64,000 nt of DNA from Octopus sinensis (GCF_006345805.1 NC_043006.1:61070001-61134000); one strand, 5' to 3'; positions 41,201 through 56,544 are shown, counted from the first letter of the stretch. Program-made: numbers and translations. The notes: generated by a model not told the origin, from the letters alone.

Positions 41201-42138
41201 GTAAAAAGTGAAAAAACTACACAAGGCTTGTTTTAAAAGGTTAAAAAATATATATCTGAGTCAATATGTCTGAAGAATATTATAAATTTTTTTCTTACAA
41301 TGACATAATTTAGAAGAAATGACCGGTTTCGCGTTTAGCTTATACATATATATATATATATATATCAGATGCCGCACGGAATTTTGTCAGTGAACAGGTC
41401 GCGGTCTCAAAGTGACGAATGTTGAAGTGAATCTAACGAATCTTGTGTGTTTCTTACATGGGTTATAAACATCTTCCACGCTGCAACTGTTTTCGTCTCA
41501 GCACACGATCTCAGATCAGATTACTTGATATGCATGTACATCTCCGTAATATATATATATATGAGCTGGTTTACTTTCATGCATAGCTCTATAAATTCAT
41601 AATTGCTTTAATGTATGCGCATAGAGCTTAACCTATCTGTTAGCAGGAGCTCCAGGACACACCAGTCATATCAATATATATATATATATGCATGTATGTG
41701 TGTGTGTTTAACGTAAGACATGCTCAGATTGCCTGGGAAACGCATACAGTAAAGTTTAATCTTAATCATTCCCTGCATCCTTTGATTTACAGTTGCATAA
41801 TTCGCTATCGTCGTTGCAAAATGTTGAGTCATATAGTGGCTGTTATCTTATCAAAGTTTTCAATCTAATTCCGTATGCGATACCGCGTAAAACCTATGTT
41901 GATTAACAAATGTTGTTGATCGAATATTAGCCGTATTATGTCATCTGTACAGGATGTGTGCATGCTTGATGATTAATAACTTCCTACAACATGTGCTTTT
42001 CGGGTCATATTTCTCTATCACTATATGTATACATGCATACATGCATAGATATATGTATGTATATAATGTGCATATGTGCATATGTGTGTATGTATATATA
42101 TAGATATACACATATAAATATGTATATGTATAGTTATA

Positions 42139-42985
42139 CGAGGGAGTACTCAAAAGTAACTGGAAATGTTCTATGTGGGAGAAGCCCATTGTTGCTCAGA
42201 TTTCCGCCGCTAGAAGCCACTTGATATTTGGCTGACGTCGTACTACACGTGTGCGTCTTTGTTTTGCAGTGCTGCTTCCGTGTTCGTCGATTTTCGCGAT
42301 GACGTGCTTCCTTCATTCCCTGCTGGGGAAAACGGCAGCCAAAACAGTTGTCATGCCTCAAACAGCTTACGACGATGCCGTTATGAGCAAAACACAAGTT
42401 TATGAGTGGTTTTCATGCTTTAGAAATGGTTACGTTTTGCTTGAGGACACACCTCGTCCCAAAGGAACGAAAACATCATAAACATTCATGAAATGATCTT
42501 TTGATATTACTGGTGTGTCCTGGAGCTCCTGCTAACAGATAGGTTAAGCTCTATGCACATACATTAAAGCAATTATGAATTTATAGAGCTATGCATGAAA
42601 GTAAACCAGCTCAGAATATTCATTATTTCAATGCTTTTGGGCGAGGAATTGCAAATAAAAAGAGAAGCAGCAAAATTTGTGCCTCGCTTGCTCACGGAAG
42701 ATCAAAAGCGATTACGACTGAATGCGTGTCGTGAACTGAAAGAACATTGAATTTGACCGTTTTTCGAAGGTCATCACTGGTGACGAAAGTTGGTGTTACG
42801 GAATTTGCAGATGTGGGAGGGGTGACGAAAAGAATCGACAGAGGCGTTAAAAGGCATCACTTCGCAAGAGTTCAAACACTGCTTCGAACGCATCTGGGCA
42901 AATGCATTGCTTCAAATACAGAATAATTTGTAGGCAAGAAAAGTGTAATGTTGCAAAATTCTAGTTTCTTTTAGATACCCCCTCA
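42139..42985 (+). mobile_element. Internally deleted mariner element with both TIRs and TA TSD
   Basis: TA-cgagggagtactcaaaagtaactggaa ... ttctagtttcttttagataccccctca-TA. Translation LLGKTAAKTVVM.QTAY..AVMSKTQVYEWF..FRNG, AAKFVPRLLTEDQK and VITGDESWCYG. Confidence 0.92.
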
Positions 42986-42987
42986 TA

Positions 42988-43061
<74 letters not shown>

Positions 43062-43062
43062 C

Positions 43063-43097
<35 letters not shown>
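42988..43097. repeat. (ATCT)n microsatellite
   Basis: Direct observation; it starts at the mariner right TA. Confidence 0.97.
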
Positions 43098-43098
<1 letters not shown>

Positions 43099-43786
43099 TA
43101 ATATATAATGGAATTTCTTCTTCTTTTTTACTATACGTTTGTAATGCTAATATATTTTGTTCATGTGAAGTGTAGCAGAGCTAATGATTGCAATCCTTAG
43201 AGAAATAATTGATTGAGACATGTTTTGAGTAGTAAATACTTTCCTATCATGCACTAATTCATTAATATTCCATAACATAACATCTTTCTCGGAGGTAATT
43301 TTTATCGGTTATCGGTGCGTGGATATATAAATACATAACCATAACATTTGCACATAAAACGACGTTGTGAAACATTCTTTTTTCAACTCAAGTTAACAAC
43401 AGATTTAAGTTAAACGCTGATTCAGAAATATCATGCAAGCTTCCCTGATGAAATATAACCTGCTACATGTTTGGATATAATACTTACGGAATTATGCGCT
43501 TTCTTTTCAGATAATTGAAATAATGAGTATTCTGAGATGGTTTACTTTCATGCATAACTCTATAAATTCATAATTGTTTAATGTATGCGCATAGAACATA
43601 AACTTTTTGATTATAGCACATAAGTACACTGGCACAAACACAAATGTATATATATGTATGTATATATATGTATGGATGTATATTTATATTCATTCATATA
43701 TATACACGCATAACGCATACACATATATACAGATATGCATATTTATATATATACATATAAACATATAGAGGTACATACATACATAC

Positions 43787-43827
<41 letters not shown>

Positions 43828-44239
43828 TATATATCTGCATATGTGCGTGTATATATATATATACATATATATAAGCATGCATGCGTGTGAGCGTGTGTTT
43901 ACGTGCACATGCACGCTTTATTTGCGTTGGTGTCCTCAAATGTATGCCATTATCATAATGTTCCACATAATCCTTTTGCATAGCCCTATTGGTTATAAAG
44001 GCATAATTTCACAGGACGTTATTCATGCTCCTTTGTAAGATGTGGACATCTATTGATATGTGTTAAATAATAAATTCTGTGAAGTATCGCTATCGTTTCA
44101 ATGTACTTCTACAACATTTCTTGGCCAAACTGTTATCTGAAATAGCATACACAAAAGGTGAAAATGAATAACATTTACTTTACTGTGCTAACAACTGTAC
44201 TGTACTAAATTGTTAGACCTGATAAAAATACGCAAATCC

Positions 44240-44608
44240 ATGGATAACACGCTCCTAACTTTCAAAAGGAAATGTCAGCCAATCTACTCTTTGAACTGCT
44301 AAGTTAAGGTGACGTAAACACACAAGCATAGGTTGTGAAGCGATGGTGGGAAGGACAAACACAAAAGACATCAACACACACACACACACACACACACACC
44401 TGCACACACACCTACACACACACAGACACGCACACACACACACACACCACACACACACACACACACATATATATATACGACATTATACCGAGTTCACTCA
44501 CAAGGCTTTGGTCGGTCCGAGGCTATAGTGGAAGCCAGGCAGTGGGGCTGAACCCAGAACCTTGTCGTTGGGAAGCAAATTCTAACAACATAGCCACCCC
44601 TGCACCTA
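44240..44608 (-). mobile_element. tRNA-derived SINE with internal (TG)n
   Basis: Minus strand aggtgcaggggtggctatgttgttag..ggttctgggttcagccccactgc..ctatagcctcggaccgaccaaagccttgtgagtg. Confidence 0.78.
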
Positions 44609-44981
44609 TTTACATTGTAATATATATATATATATATATGGAAACCGGACATATATAGTTTTAAATCCAAATCCAATAGTGTATTTATGTCATAAGGAAA
44701 ATTACCAACTGGAACCCGGACATAAATATATACCGCTCTGGATCCTAATTCTCTTATGTGGTGGTTTAATAAAGTATGTGATTGAGTATTATCTGGTAAT
44801 TGATATTTGATTTAGATGTATTTCTCCATTTTCTTATTTTGTATTAGTAATTTGTGGTAAATCATTTTACCTTTGCCCATATAATACAGCAAATGTATTA
44901 ACTTTGTTGGGTACTTCACTAGCAGTATATTGGATATATGTTATCCCATGGAAGGTTGCATTTACAACCCCTATCTCAATT

Positions 44982-45021
<40 letters not shown>

Positions 45022-46461
45022 GGCGCTTCGCTTAGGGGTTAAGGTGTTGCACTCACAACTACGAGATCGCAATTCCCAGGCCAAGAGTTGCATTTTGTTC
45101 TTTAGCAAAGCACTTCATGTCTTGTAGCTGTGTGACCATTTCGTCATCTGACATGTGGCACGTCGGCCACCTACTCAAGTAATGTTGATTATATGGAGGG
45201 AGAGAGAGCGCATGTGAACGCAAGAATTTTATTAATATAAGGAAACCATCTCTCCTTTTCTTCAGCAAGGAATTGTAGAACCTTATATGTCATCCAACGG
45301 TGGGACAGTTCATGATATATGTGTGTGTGAGTGAGTATGTTTGTATATCTAAATATTTTATGACAAGATTTCGCTGAGTTTCTGTCTATGAAATTCATTC
45401 ACAAGACATTCGTCGGTCCGGAGCAGTAATAGTAGTCACTTGCCGAAGACACGTTTGCGTGGTTGCAAAGCGAGTTTCATAAGTACGCATCCATATTTTA
45501 TCAATATTCATCTACTGCCATTCTGATTTATTCGTTCTGCTTTTGGAAATGAAATACATGATGCAATTTTGATCAGAAAGACATACCACTTTGTCCCTGT
45601 TGTTCTGTTTATCAATGAGAGATATAAAACAATGCTCTCAAACCACATATATTTGATAAATTGTTGTTCATCGAAAGATATCGAAAATACTATTAGAACT
45701 AGTATTGAAAATGGCACATTCATAACAAAAACACATATATTCTAACGTTGCCATTCCTAATATCGTATTTCACATTCAAGTATCTTATACGTCACTGTAC
45801 GTGTCAGATATTGATCATCTCGTTCAATCTCAGTTGGCGTACATATAATATAGTTGGACTGATTTAGTGTATAGTGAAATTACAGGAACGATACAGTCAC
45901 AAAAATGTCCGTAGTCATATGAGATATTACATTAAACGATTGTGTTGCATATAAAGCTATACACGCGCTTATGTAAAGTAATGTAAGTTGCTGTAAAGAA
46001 TGGTACATTAGTAAGAGTGATGCGAGTAAAATAATAAATATCGTCGAAAAACACAAATTACAAGTATATTTTATCGTACTTTATATTCTTAGTATGACTA
46101 ATATATAAGACAACATTCCCAGTGAAAAAAAGAAAAAACGATATTTCAACGAATACAATAGTCTGTACATACAAAACACTTATTTTAAATTATACAACAT
46201 ATTCATGAGTAATGTTCCAGTAATATTCTCACAGTATCATTTGATTTATGATGCTATTATTCCGTTGTTCATCTATTGTCTAATAATTTATTGTCAGTTC
46301 AGAATGAACATAAATACTAACACATTCATTGGGTAAGGTAATATGTGCACCAGTATTAACATGTTAATACAAGAACAAGAATTACATAGCGCACTTCTTG
46401 TCTCTGTTACCCTGTCAGTCTGGATGTGAAACATGTTCAAGCAAACTTATTATTACAGTGT

Positions 46462-46505
<44 letters not shown>

Positions 46506-46565
46506 TTTATATAATATAGATAGATAGATAGATAGATAGATATACTTACATACACACACACAGAC

Positions 46566-46615
<50 letters not shown>

Positions 46616-46691
46616 ATATATGTATATGTATATATATATGTATATATTATGTATTATGTATATCTATATCTATATCTACCTATATATATAT

Positions 46692-46731
<40 letters not shown>

Positions 46732-47304
46732 CATACATAAATATATACACACACATATATATACACACATGTATAGCTATATGTGTATGTAAAAATCAGT
46801 GTGGATATGTACAAGACTTCTCAGAGTAGCATATCTTTTGTTAGACATACAGTACGTTGTAAAAGATCACGTCATCGGTCAGCTGTTTATTTTTCTGTTA
46901 TTGTTTTGCACCTGCCGTGAAGTTGGCAGAAGTAAGATGTTACATGAAGAAAGTGCACGTTTGCGTGAAATGTGCAAGATTTGATACAGGCACGAAGTAA
47001 TATAATTTGTATTTCATTTATATGCTAACAGATAGTTTCCTATGTTTTGAACAGGATCTATTTTCTACTTCCAATGACAGACAATTACATCGGTAACTAC
47101 GAATACAGGTAAATGGAAATTCTAATAAAGCTTGTATAAGTTCAATTGAATAAGAAACTTCTAACGTAGCAAGTGATTTATGGAAATTTGAATGTCTATT
47201 TACATTAATATCTTAACTCCTCTTGTGCACGGAACACCACTCAGCATTTAATATACTTCGAAAGGTATTGTTCAATTGGAAAACATACATACACGCACAC
47301 GCAT

Positions 47305-47341
<37 letters not shown>

Positions 47342-47545
47342 ACACACACACACACACACATTCAGTCAGACGCACATGCACTGACACACACACATGTATT
47401 TATATTCGTGTATATGTACCTAAACATACATACATACATACGTATATACACACACATATATAGATAGATATAGATGTATATTATAGATATATACATACAT
47501 ACCTACATAGAAATACTTAAAAATGCATATGCATATGTATATATA

Positions 47546-47577
<32 letters not shown>

Positions 47578-47604
47578 CATGCATGTATATATGTGCACAT
47601 ATAT

Positions 47605-47643
<39 letters not shown>

Positions 47644-50600
47644 AATATATAGAGAGATAGACAGACAGGCAGGTAGAGAGGCCGATAGAAAGACTGATAC
47701 ATATTTATATATATACATACATGTACATATCTATATATGCTTATATTAATAAATTTATAAATGCACATGCAAACAAACAAATATAATGTGTGTGTGTATT
47801 GTTGTATTACAATATCTTTGCTTTTATACCTTCTAAATCTATTTGTAGTATAAAAGAAAACAGGCCATTAGGAGTTGACAGAAAATAACATGCTCTGTTT
47901 TCTCTAATAAGAGTGTTTCGCTGTTACTTAGCATGCATATTCCCAAAGTCTCTTCAATAAGTACTGATATTGCATTATAGGTATAATTCAAATATTCTAA
48001 AGTCAAGTAAATAGACTGGATATCGAAATAAGTATGCCCCACGTATGTAATATTGTGAGATGGTAAACTGCGATCCTTGAAGTTTATGCAAGCAATAAAG
48101 CAACAAAAGATACCCTTCAGAAAATATAACATGCAACAATAAATCGTAGAAGTGTTGACACTCAAATGTTTAGTTTTAGCGGAGTCTTTATACCTTTGTA
48201 TAGTATAGACTTAAGATAACTTAGCGGCTCAGCAAAACAAACAGACACAATTAATGTCAGAGGTCACAAAAAATAAGTACTAGGGTCATTTTCCTCCGGT
48301 TAAAAAATTCTTGCCCAATCATGGTAGCAGTACAATACTTGAAACAACTGAAAGATAAAACGTGTGTGTTCGTGTGTGTGTGTGTGAGTGACCTTGTCTG
48401 AAACATGTAGTAATAACACCCCCACCACACACACATAAGCACGTCTAGTATGTACAACACTTATAATTCATAAAATAAAAACATCAAAATTTTAGGCCTG
48501 TAAAGAAACAAACATACATCTGACCACCTGTCCTCCACATACTGGAACCGGCATCACTAAAATGTACCCATAGGTTTACTGCTGTTCTGCATGAACGAGA
48601 ATAATGAATGTTTGTTTAATGTCTTAATAGACTATCGATATAATTCCACCAATATCTTATTGACACTTCACCGACTAACTGGTGTGCATGCACATGGATA
48701 TGTACGAAGGACTTACTTACTCAGTTACACATACCACGCATTCAACAGCTCACATACATATAGGTATTCTCATCAAATCTTCTTTTCTAGTATATTTACA
48801 ATTTTACTCCTGCGAAACATTTAACCACAATTCTGATTTCACTTTTTCATATTTCTGGCATTACAGAATTTTGAAGCACGCATTTGTTTAATATGTCATG
48901 TATAAAACAGCAATACATAATGCACAAGAAGTCTTCTGGATAGTACTTTCAATTCTATAATTTCTCGCCATCTATGAAATTTCACTAACATTTTTAGTCA
49001 CCCTTTTCTAATGGATACTTTTTTATATATTTCACATTCGCAATTCCTGCATCTGTCTCATTTCATACAATTCAGCCTGAACAAGATTCGTCACTGGCAG
49101 CGACGTCATGCAGCCTAAATATTCAATAATTTCAAAACTTTGAAACCGCAGCTGGATCACTATATCCGATTCAAAAAATCCAACTCAAGAAAACACGATC
49201 CCAATTTGCTAAAATATAGACAACACCTAAAAAAAATCTGTCCATTTAGTACTTTTTTGGGAACATGATCTAACAATTGTAGCACATTTTAGCCACCACG
49301 GGCAGATAACAGTCAACGGACAGAAGACCAGAGACAGCACAGCGATTCGCTAGACAATAGCAGAACCAGCAGATGGCCAAAGCTCTGTCATAACACAAAA
49401 TTGACGAACAGCGGACGCAGTAAAACCCGTGACATGCTAACCCACAACTACAAATAATATTATACCTACCAAAACAGTAAACTTCGATCTATCATGGTGC
49501 TTGTTGCGGGTAGTAAGAAAACATTGTTGTTAACGATACAGTATAAATATCATTTCATAAAACATCTCAAACAGATTTATGTGTTCTTAATCCTAATAAG
49601 AACATACCCAGCTTCCTCCTTCTTTAACAACATATCTTCGTAGAGCAACCTTTAATTTTTCAAAAGACATTGAACCATATGAGGTCCTTCGTAATGGAGT
49701 ACACTTTGGAAATTTGACTCCTTTTTGATTTTGTTGATTAGTCTATTGTCTAATACTATCCGTTATATAGTTGCTCTTCATTGTCCCACGACAATGGCAC
49801 AATGTTACTGGAAAGAAAGTAGGCTTTTGTTTCCTCTGTAACTGTTTAGTGTTTAGCTATCATTAACCTCTACAGGATTTGAGAAATAAGCAAATGCTGA
49901 CATAAAGACAGCTTAAGAATGTCCAATGTAAATAAAATGTTTTATAGAAAGAGGTAACTACGCATCTAGTTTTATATATTGCAGAAAATAATAACGTTTC
50001 TTATCTAGAACCTTTTGGATCAAAGCAGTAATGTTCCCAACGTATAAATCAGCAACATATCGTATCGCATTGACGATAAGATGAAATGTTAGTGGATCCT
50101 TGAAATTCAAAGAGCTGTTTTTTTATTATCCTTATACCGGAAGTACAAATAAAAACATCGCCTTACCTAGTTATATGGAAATCTTACGCAAAAAATATTA
50201 GAACAATTTAACGAATGTGTTATTGAATGCATCTACGCTGTTCTTAAGCTTTACCGTGAGGCGAAAATTGTCAAGCGAAAGTCAATTCTGCTATTCAAGA
50301 AGTCACATGTCTCCGCAAACTTCGATGCATTTCAGACATTCCTATATATTGAAACTATTTGTACCCTGTTAAACAACTTCACTACTCCACCTCATGTTCA
50401 AGGCGTATCTTAGAAAACAAACAACGCCAGTGAATTATGACGTTGATGTAGGTATGTTTAGGATGAATTGCACGAAAAACTCGAAACCCACACCTATCAA
50501 TATCTTAAGGAATTAACAAAATCGAAAACTTTAATATCATGAACCGAGTCAGAAACTCCTCTGCAACTGATTTTGAGCTAAACATTTACTTGAAATACAA

Positions 50601-53600
50601 AGAGAAATATGATGTACTTTGCAGTAAATGTCACAAAACTATTCGTTTTTTCAAGCTAAAATATTCATAGTCGTAGCGCTGAATGGTAAACGGATAAATT
50701 TTGAGATTGGTAAAAGAAACATAAGGAGGTAACCATTCTGGTACTTTTTCTATAAGAAATAATAATTTCAGGGGATTCTACTGCCAAATAAGTACTGGTT
50801 CGCTGTGCATATCTTTTAACACTGACCAAAATATTACGAACGGCCACTATAGACATTACTTTGTAACTTGAGTGTTTATTTCTTTCGGCAATTAAAACTA
50901 CACATCTGCATAAACTATGTTTTAACTTGCCTTAATAATAAGGCTTGCGATAGCAAAATCTACAAACAGAACTCACTAACCGAGATATATGTGTATATGT
51001 TTATGAGAGCTATCTTCATACTTATATGGTTATGTATTATATGGTCATTCATTGTCAATGGTTAATTTAAGATATATCTTCCCCTTTCATTATAGGGAAC
51101 TACAAGTTTCCAAGGCCTGGAACACGTAATAATGAGCGAGTTAACATTTCATTCATTACAGAATTATTCTTGATAGAGATGGTTGAACAGAATAATATTT
51201 GTAAGTAGAGGATTATTCGGCATCAAAATTCATTGTGAAAACGTTGGAATATCAAAATGAGTGACATCATACATTACAACATTGCTTGAATTCATCATCA
51301 TTGTGATTATGATGGCAAGAATATTCTAATTTTTTCATTACCCTGACGATATCATATTTTTTAGAATGGCCTTCGGTAAAAAAGTCAATATTCTTTTTTC
51401 ATCGGTTGAGCTACCTGAGAAATGTGATGTCAGTAATGTGCTTAGGATGATGTGTCAATTGCAGTGAATATTTAATTTCCTGTACTAATATTAATGTATT
51501 AGCACATAGGGGGTATGCACTTGTGGAGAAAGAGATTATACCAACTTTCCCTCTGGGAACAGACATTAGATATTTTTGATTGAACACTCATTAGCTTTTT
51601 AGTTAGCTTTAAGGAATTTTAATTTTATATGCATATGCAATATCGACACATATTTTGGAGGCGAGAGAAACAGACACGTGTTATAATATCATACAATACT
51701 AATAATCTTACTAGCATACTATCATCTTAGATGGTCATTTGTATACCATACCATATAGATTGCAATGATATATAAATATAATCTAATGAGATATCTGTAT
51801 ACATATGCACCAACATACACACTCACACACAAACACACACTCATATAAATACATATATACATATATAAGGGTTGTCTCACACCTACGTACGTGTAAATAT
51901 AAGTTTGGTGACATAAGCACATAGTAGCGAGATTAAAAATAGTCTCTAAGGACTTATGTTTTATACATTTTAATATTCTTGCAAACTATGAAAGTAGTAA
52001 ATATAAAGTACTAAATGAAAATTTTAGCGAAGGTATTATGAATAGATATTAATATGTTTATCATGATGTCAGTGCAGTCGTTGTATAAATTTTATGTCTT
52101 CTCTCTTGTTGGATATAGAAAATCAAAGAACAGACTACAGAGACATAGAATAGATCTAACGGTATTAGAGTATTTGAAGGAAACGACACAAAAAAAATCT
52201 TTAATATATTCTGCAGTGAAATAAATATGTTAAGGTTAGTCACGCTAGCAAGAAGACTGTTCTTTGATTAAAGTATTTGAAAATTTATCTAGACATTGTT
52301 TACTGACAGAGCAATGCACTCATATATCATGGCCGTAGTATTTCATGCGTACAAGATTTTTGCTGCTGCTAACTGACCATAATGATCAAAAGTACTGAGG
52401 TAAGATAACACAAACAAGTCGCATTATACCATTCCTCAGTAGGTAACATAAGCTATATCATATGTTTGGTTACACTGGGAAGGGAGATTTAAATATACAT
52501 ACACACTACATATATATGAGTAGAGTGTGAATTAATGAAATAAGAGTAAGAGAAATAAGTAAAATCTTCGTAAGGTGTGTGGTTGTTTGATGAATAATAA
52601 TGTGTATAATGGTCACGATAAAAAGTGCTTGAGATGGCAACTATAGTGCAATCTCCATCGATATATCGAAGCGAAATTACATGTGGTGTAATGTATTTCA
52701 ATGGTATAGGCTGAAGGCACATTTGATTGTTGTTTAAAATGTTTCTGGCATTGAATAAGTGAAAAATATAATGGATACCGGAAACTGCTACAAAACATAA
52801 CAAAATACTTATATTACGATTAATAAATATATAAATACGATTCCTCTTATAATTTCACTATCAGAAGTGTTATCATCAAGAGGAGGTGAGTTAATGTAAT
52901 AAGTAGATAAGTTATATTAACTTCTGGAAGAGGTGTTCACATTCTTAAAACATTTTAGGTCTCCAATGAACTTAAATATGTGTATAAAAGTCTTTTGAAA
53001 GAAAGATTTTTATAAATCAATGAAAAATCGGATACACGTTCATTGGATTACACTGCAAGTTTAAAAAAAAACGAAAGGAAACATAAAATATAAATATACA
53101 CTTTAGTAGAAATTCATTTAGATTTTGTAAAAACTGTTATGAAAATGAGAATCTAAAGTTTATTGCATTATCTTCATTTTTGGAAACTAACCATTGCAAT
53201 TATAATTTACAATGATATACTTTTAACTTCCATGCTACATTCTAAAGGTTGGACTGAATTGTAGTCCCCAGAGGAGATTTTTATGCATATTACATAATAT
53301 CTCTGTTAAAAGCAGTCAATGATGATCTTTTTAAAATGAAAACTACCAATTTGCAGTATTACACATACCTTAAAGCCTTGGTATTTGAAGGTTTCCTCAA
53401 CAGAATGAAATCAATCTAGGAAATGACCGAAATCAATCGTTTACAAATCACACTTCCCACGCTTTATGATGAAGGCCATTGCTGATTGAGGTTCTTTCAT
53501 TCTATATCCTTCTTTAGCCTAGGGTCTTCTTTAACCACAGTACGACGAAAGTTTTCCAAACTTCAACTAAACGTATATTTAACACCTTTCCAATCGTCTT

Positions 53601-54289
53601 TAATAATTATATTCTTTAATAATTTTACTAAACTCTTCAACATATTGATGCTTACTCATATACGGTCATCTTTGTAAATCTGTTCTTTAGTGCCCATGAC
53701 TTTCGCGGTTGTTTAGAAGGAAGTGAGAAGTGGCCGAAAAAAATAAAAGATAAAAAGGATTTCCAGCGACTTATGAACACATTTCGTCAAACGTTTTGCT
53801 TTGTAAAACGGTTGTAGGGGATTTTGTTACTTTTTCTAGTAGGTTGTTTCGCCATGTGATTAAGTGAAACTTTGAGCATAATTCATCTAACATTCACTTG
53901 TTCAAATTTAAGTTAATGTGACAGTTTACTAAACTTATAAATGTAACATTTTACTCACTCTTTATTTTGACGTCCACATCTCTTAGAATTTGTACTCAGA
54001 AATCAGTCCGCTTTTGTTGGAAGATATCGAGAAAGATAATAGAAAGTCTTCCCACACAAACCTCGTAAGCCTAGGTAGAATCACTGGCAGACATAGAGCA
54101 CAAAATTTACATACAAAAACACATATACAAATGCACACACTTGCGCGCGCGCACACACACATACACACACACACAAATACGCACAAACGCACGCACACAT
54201 GCATATATGTGTATGTATGTGTGTGTATTGATAATTAAAATGAAAAGACAGAGAGAGGATGGGAGAAAGAGGGAGAAAGAGATTCTCAC

Positions 54290-54930
54290 CGTTTAAACGG
54301 AATATACCATAATAGAACTATTATAAATGTATATCGGTAATGGATTTGTTTTAATGGCAGAAACTTTTCCGTATCGGGAAATACGTCGTCTATATCCGGC
54401 TCTCTCCTCTATGGCGTGTTTAATGTGGATTGTACAGTTGATGAGTTTTGGCCCCCTGTAGTCGTCGAACACACATTCTGGATAGTTTACGCTAATTTTC
54501 AGTTAACGAAATTTCTATCTAAATATCAACTATACGACCATCTACGAAAAGACTATTTCCACTTTTGAAGATAGGAGTAATATAAGTCCAAACTCGTAGA
54601 CATTTGGAAGTTTGCGAAAAATTTGCGAAGTTTGCATCGTTTTCCACTGCTCACACACACCCACTGTATGCACCCAAAATGCCACTGCGTTTGCTATACT
54701 ATTGAACAAAATATTACTAGAAATGTGTTGACCGTCTAAAATACCTGACCAGCCCACTCTAGTTCGAGCGGTTTAGTCTCGGAAACGCTGCTGTCGCTAA
54801 GGACTAAAACATACAAAACATTTACTACATTTCATTGAACAGTTGTCTATGTTTCATCTCTACCTCTGTCTACCCATATTTATACTATATACAATTAGTA
54901 AATATATTTACGGAAAAGGCGGGGTGGGGA
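54290..54930 (-). promoter_or_regulatory. Candidate pol II promoter and non-coding first exon
   Basis: GC-box-like ggcggggtgggg at 54918-54929 and minus-strand TATAAATA from 54884. A locally CpG-rich, repeat-free ~560 bp follows and ends at the donor CG|GTGAGA (54290/54289), then pyrimidine-rich and microsatellite sequence. Confidence 0.3.
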
Positions 54931-55669
54931 CCTGATTTCGCAGCAGATAGTTATTGAACTTGGTCTTCATTTTTCTAGAAGTTTGTAATATGCTTCTAAC
55001 ATCCTTGTATCTGACATATTTTAAAATTTTCCTCCATAAGCTGGGAAGAAGAAGAGCTTATTTTACTGACATAAGAAAATATTACATGGGCATACTAAAT
55101 GAAACAAAGTGACTGAACATACTACACTGGCAAAAATAAATTTAAGAACGATGAATGAAAGATTGAGTAAAATAATTTACTTCATAATCACGTAATTTGT
55201 AATCTCGAATGTGAAGGAAGCCAAAAACAAAATAAAAAATATCAGAACTTAGCCAGAAAGATAGAGAGATTTTGAAAGACACGGGTCAAAATTCTCCCTA
55301 TGGAAAATGCTGTGCAGAGCACAACACCCAAACTGCTACCTGGTAAGCAGGAAGACATTGGAATTTTGGCACATGGGGAGAAGTCATGACTAAGTTATAT
55401 TCTGTATATTAGGGAATCTTTGAAATGGTTTTAAGTAGTGTTCGCATTACTAAAAGATCTGTGCTTAGTACAATTGAACGCAAAAGTTTTTATGGTGTAT
55501 GGTAAGGATGAAGATGATGTTAACATAAGTGTAAGAATATAAACTAATGCTATCGATGGTCATGAGGATAATGATTGTGATGATGATGATGATGATGATG
55601 ATGATCTTAACGATTGGCCGGCGATAATTTTTAAAATGAGAATGTCTGAAAAAAACTCGACTGCTCTCA

Positions 55670-56400
55670 CAAACGAGAATACTAAAAATGCACGCGACCG
55701 CTCTCAAAAATTAATTAAAAAACTGGAAAAATAATCCAGAGTACTTGTCCGGCACCTGCATGATGCCAATGGTAGTCATAGAATGTAAAGGTGGGTGTGC
55801 GAGTCATGTTTGTAATGCAGTGTTCGTGCCGCCTGCAGTGGAAAATGGGACAGTTCTCTCTACGAAGGCCTTTTTTTAGTCTATCCAGTGTTATAGTGTC
55901 TTTACGAACATTAAGGTCTATATTGAAAGGTTATCCATGCGTGAAAGAAAACGGAAAGGACCTGCATAAGGTGCTGTTAACGGAAGTTTAACAACATTGT
56001 TGCGTACAAAAGCGTAAGTCTAAGAAGTAAAGCTTTCTTGAAGGCAGAGCTAGAAATGCAGTTGTCAAGCAGGTAAGAGGTTTTAAACAGGAGCAAAATA
56101 TTCAAAATTGGTAAAACTAAAAATTGTCGAGGAAAAATTAAATTTATTATTGTTATAGGGAGATAATCAGAGAAATACTTGAAATTCAACGTAAGATCGT
56201 AATACTGCATGCATTTGATGTAAATATATAAATATGTAAATAAATAATCCAGAATCCTTGTCTGGTACCGGATCGATTTCAAAATCTGAAGAGTTTGTGC
56301 CAGTCATGAGGCAAAACATCCCTGAAAGTTTCATCCGAATCCATCCGCGACAAACAACCAAACACGACTAGAAACAATACCTCCGCCTTTGCTAAGGCGG

Positions 56401-56404
<4 letters not shown>
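55670..56404. mobile_element. Helentron-associated (HINE/DINE-like) non-autonomous element
   Basis: Terminal palindrome acctccgcctt-tgct-aaggcggggt (56379-56403) next to an A-rich flank. An internal direct repeat aataatccaga..cttgtc.gg.acc occurs at about 55730 and 56243. The left boundary is approximate. Confidence 0.55.
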
Positions 56405-56459
<55 letters not shown>

Positions 56460-56504
56460 TGATGATGATGATGATAATGATGATGATGATAATGATGATG
56501 ATGT

Positions 56505-56544
<40 letters not shown>

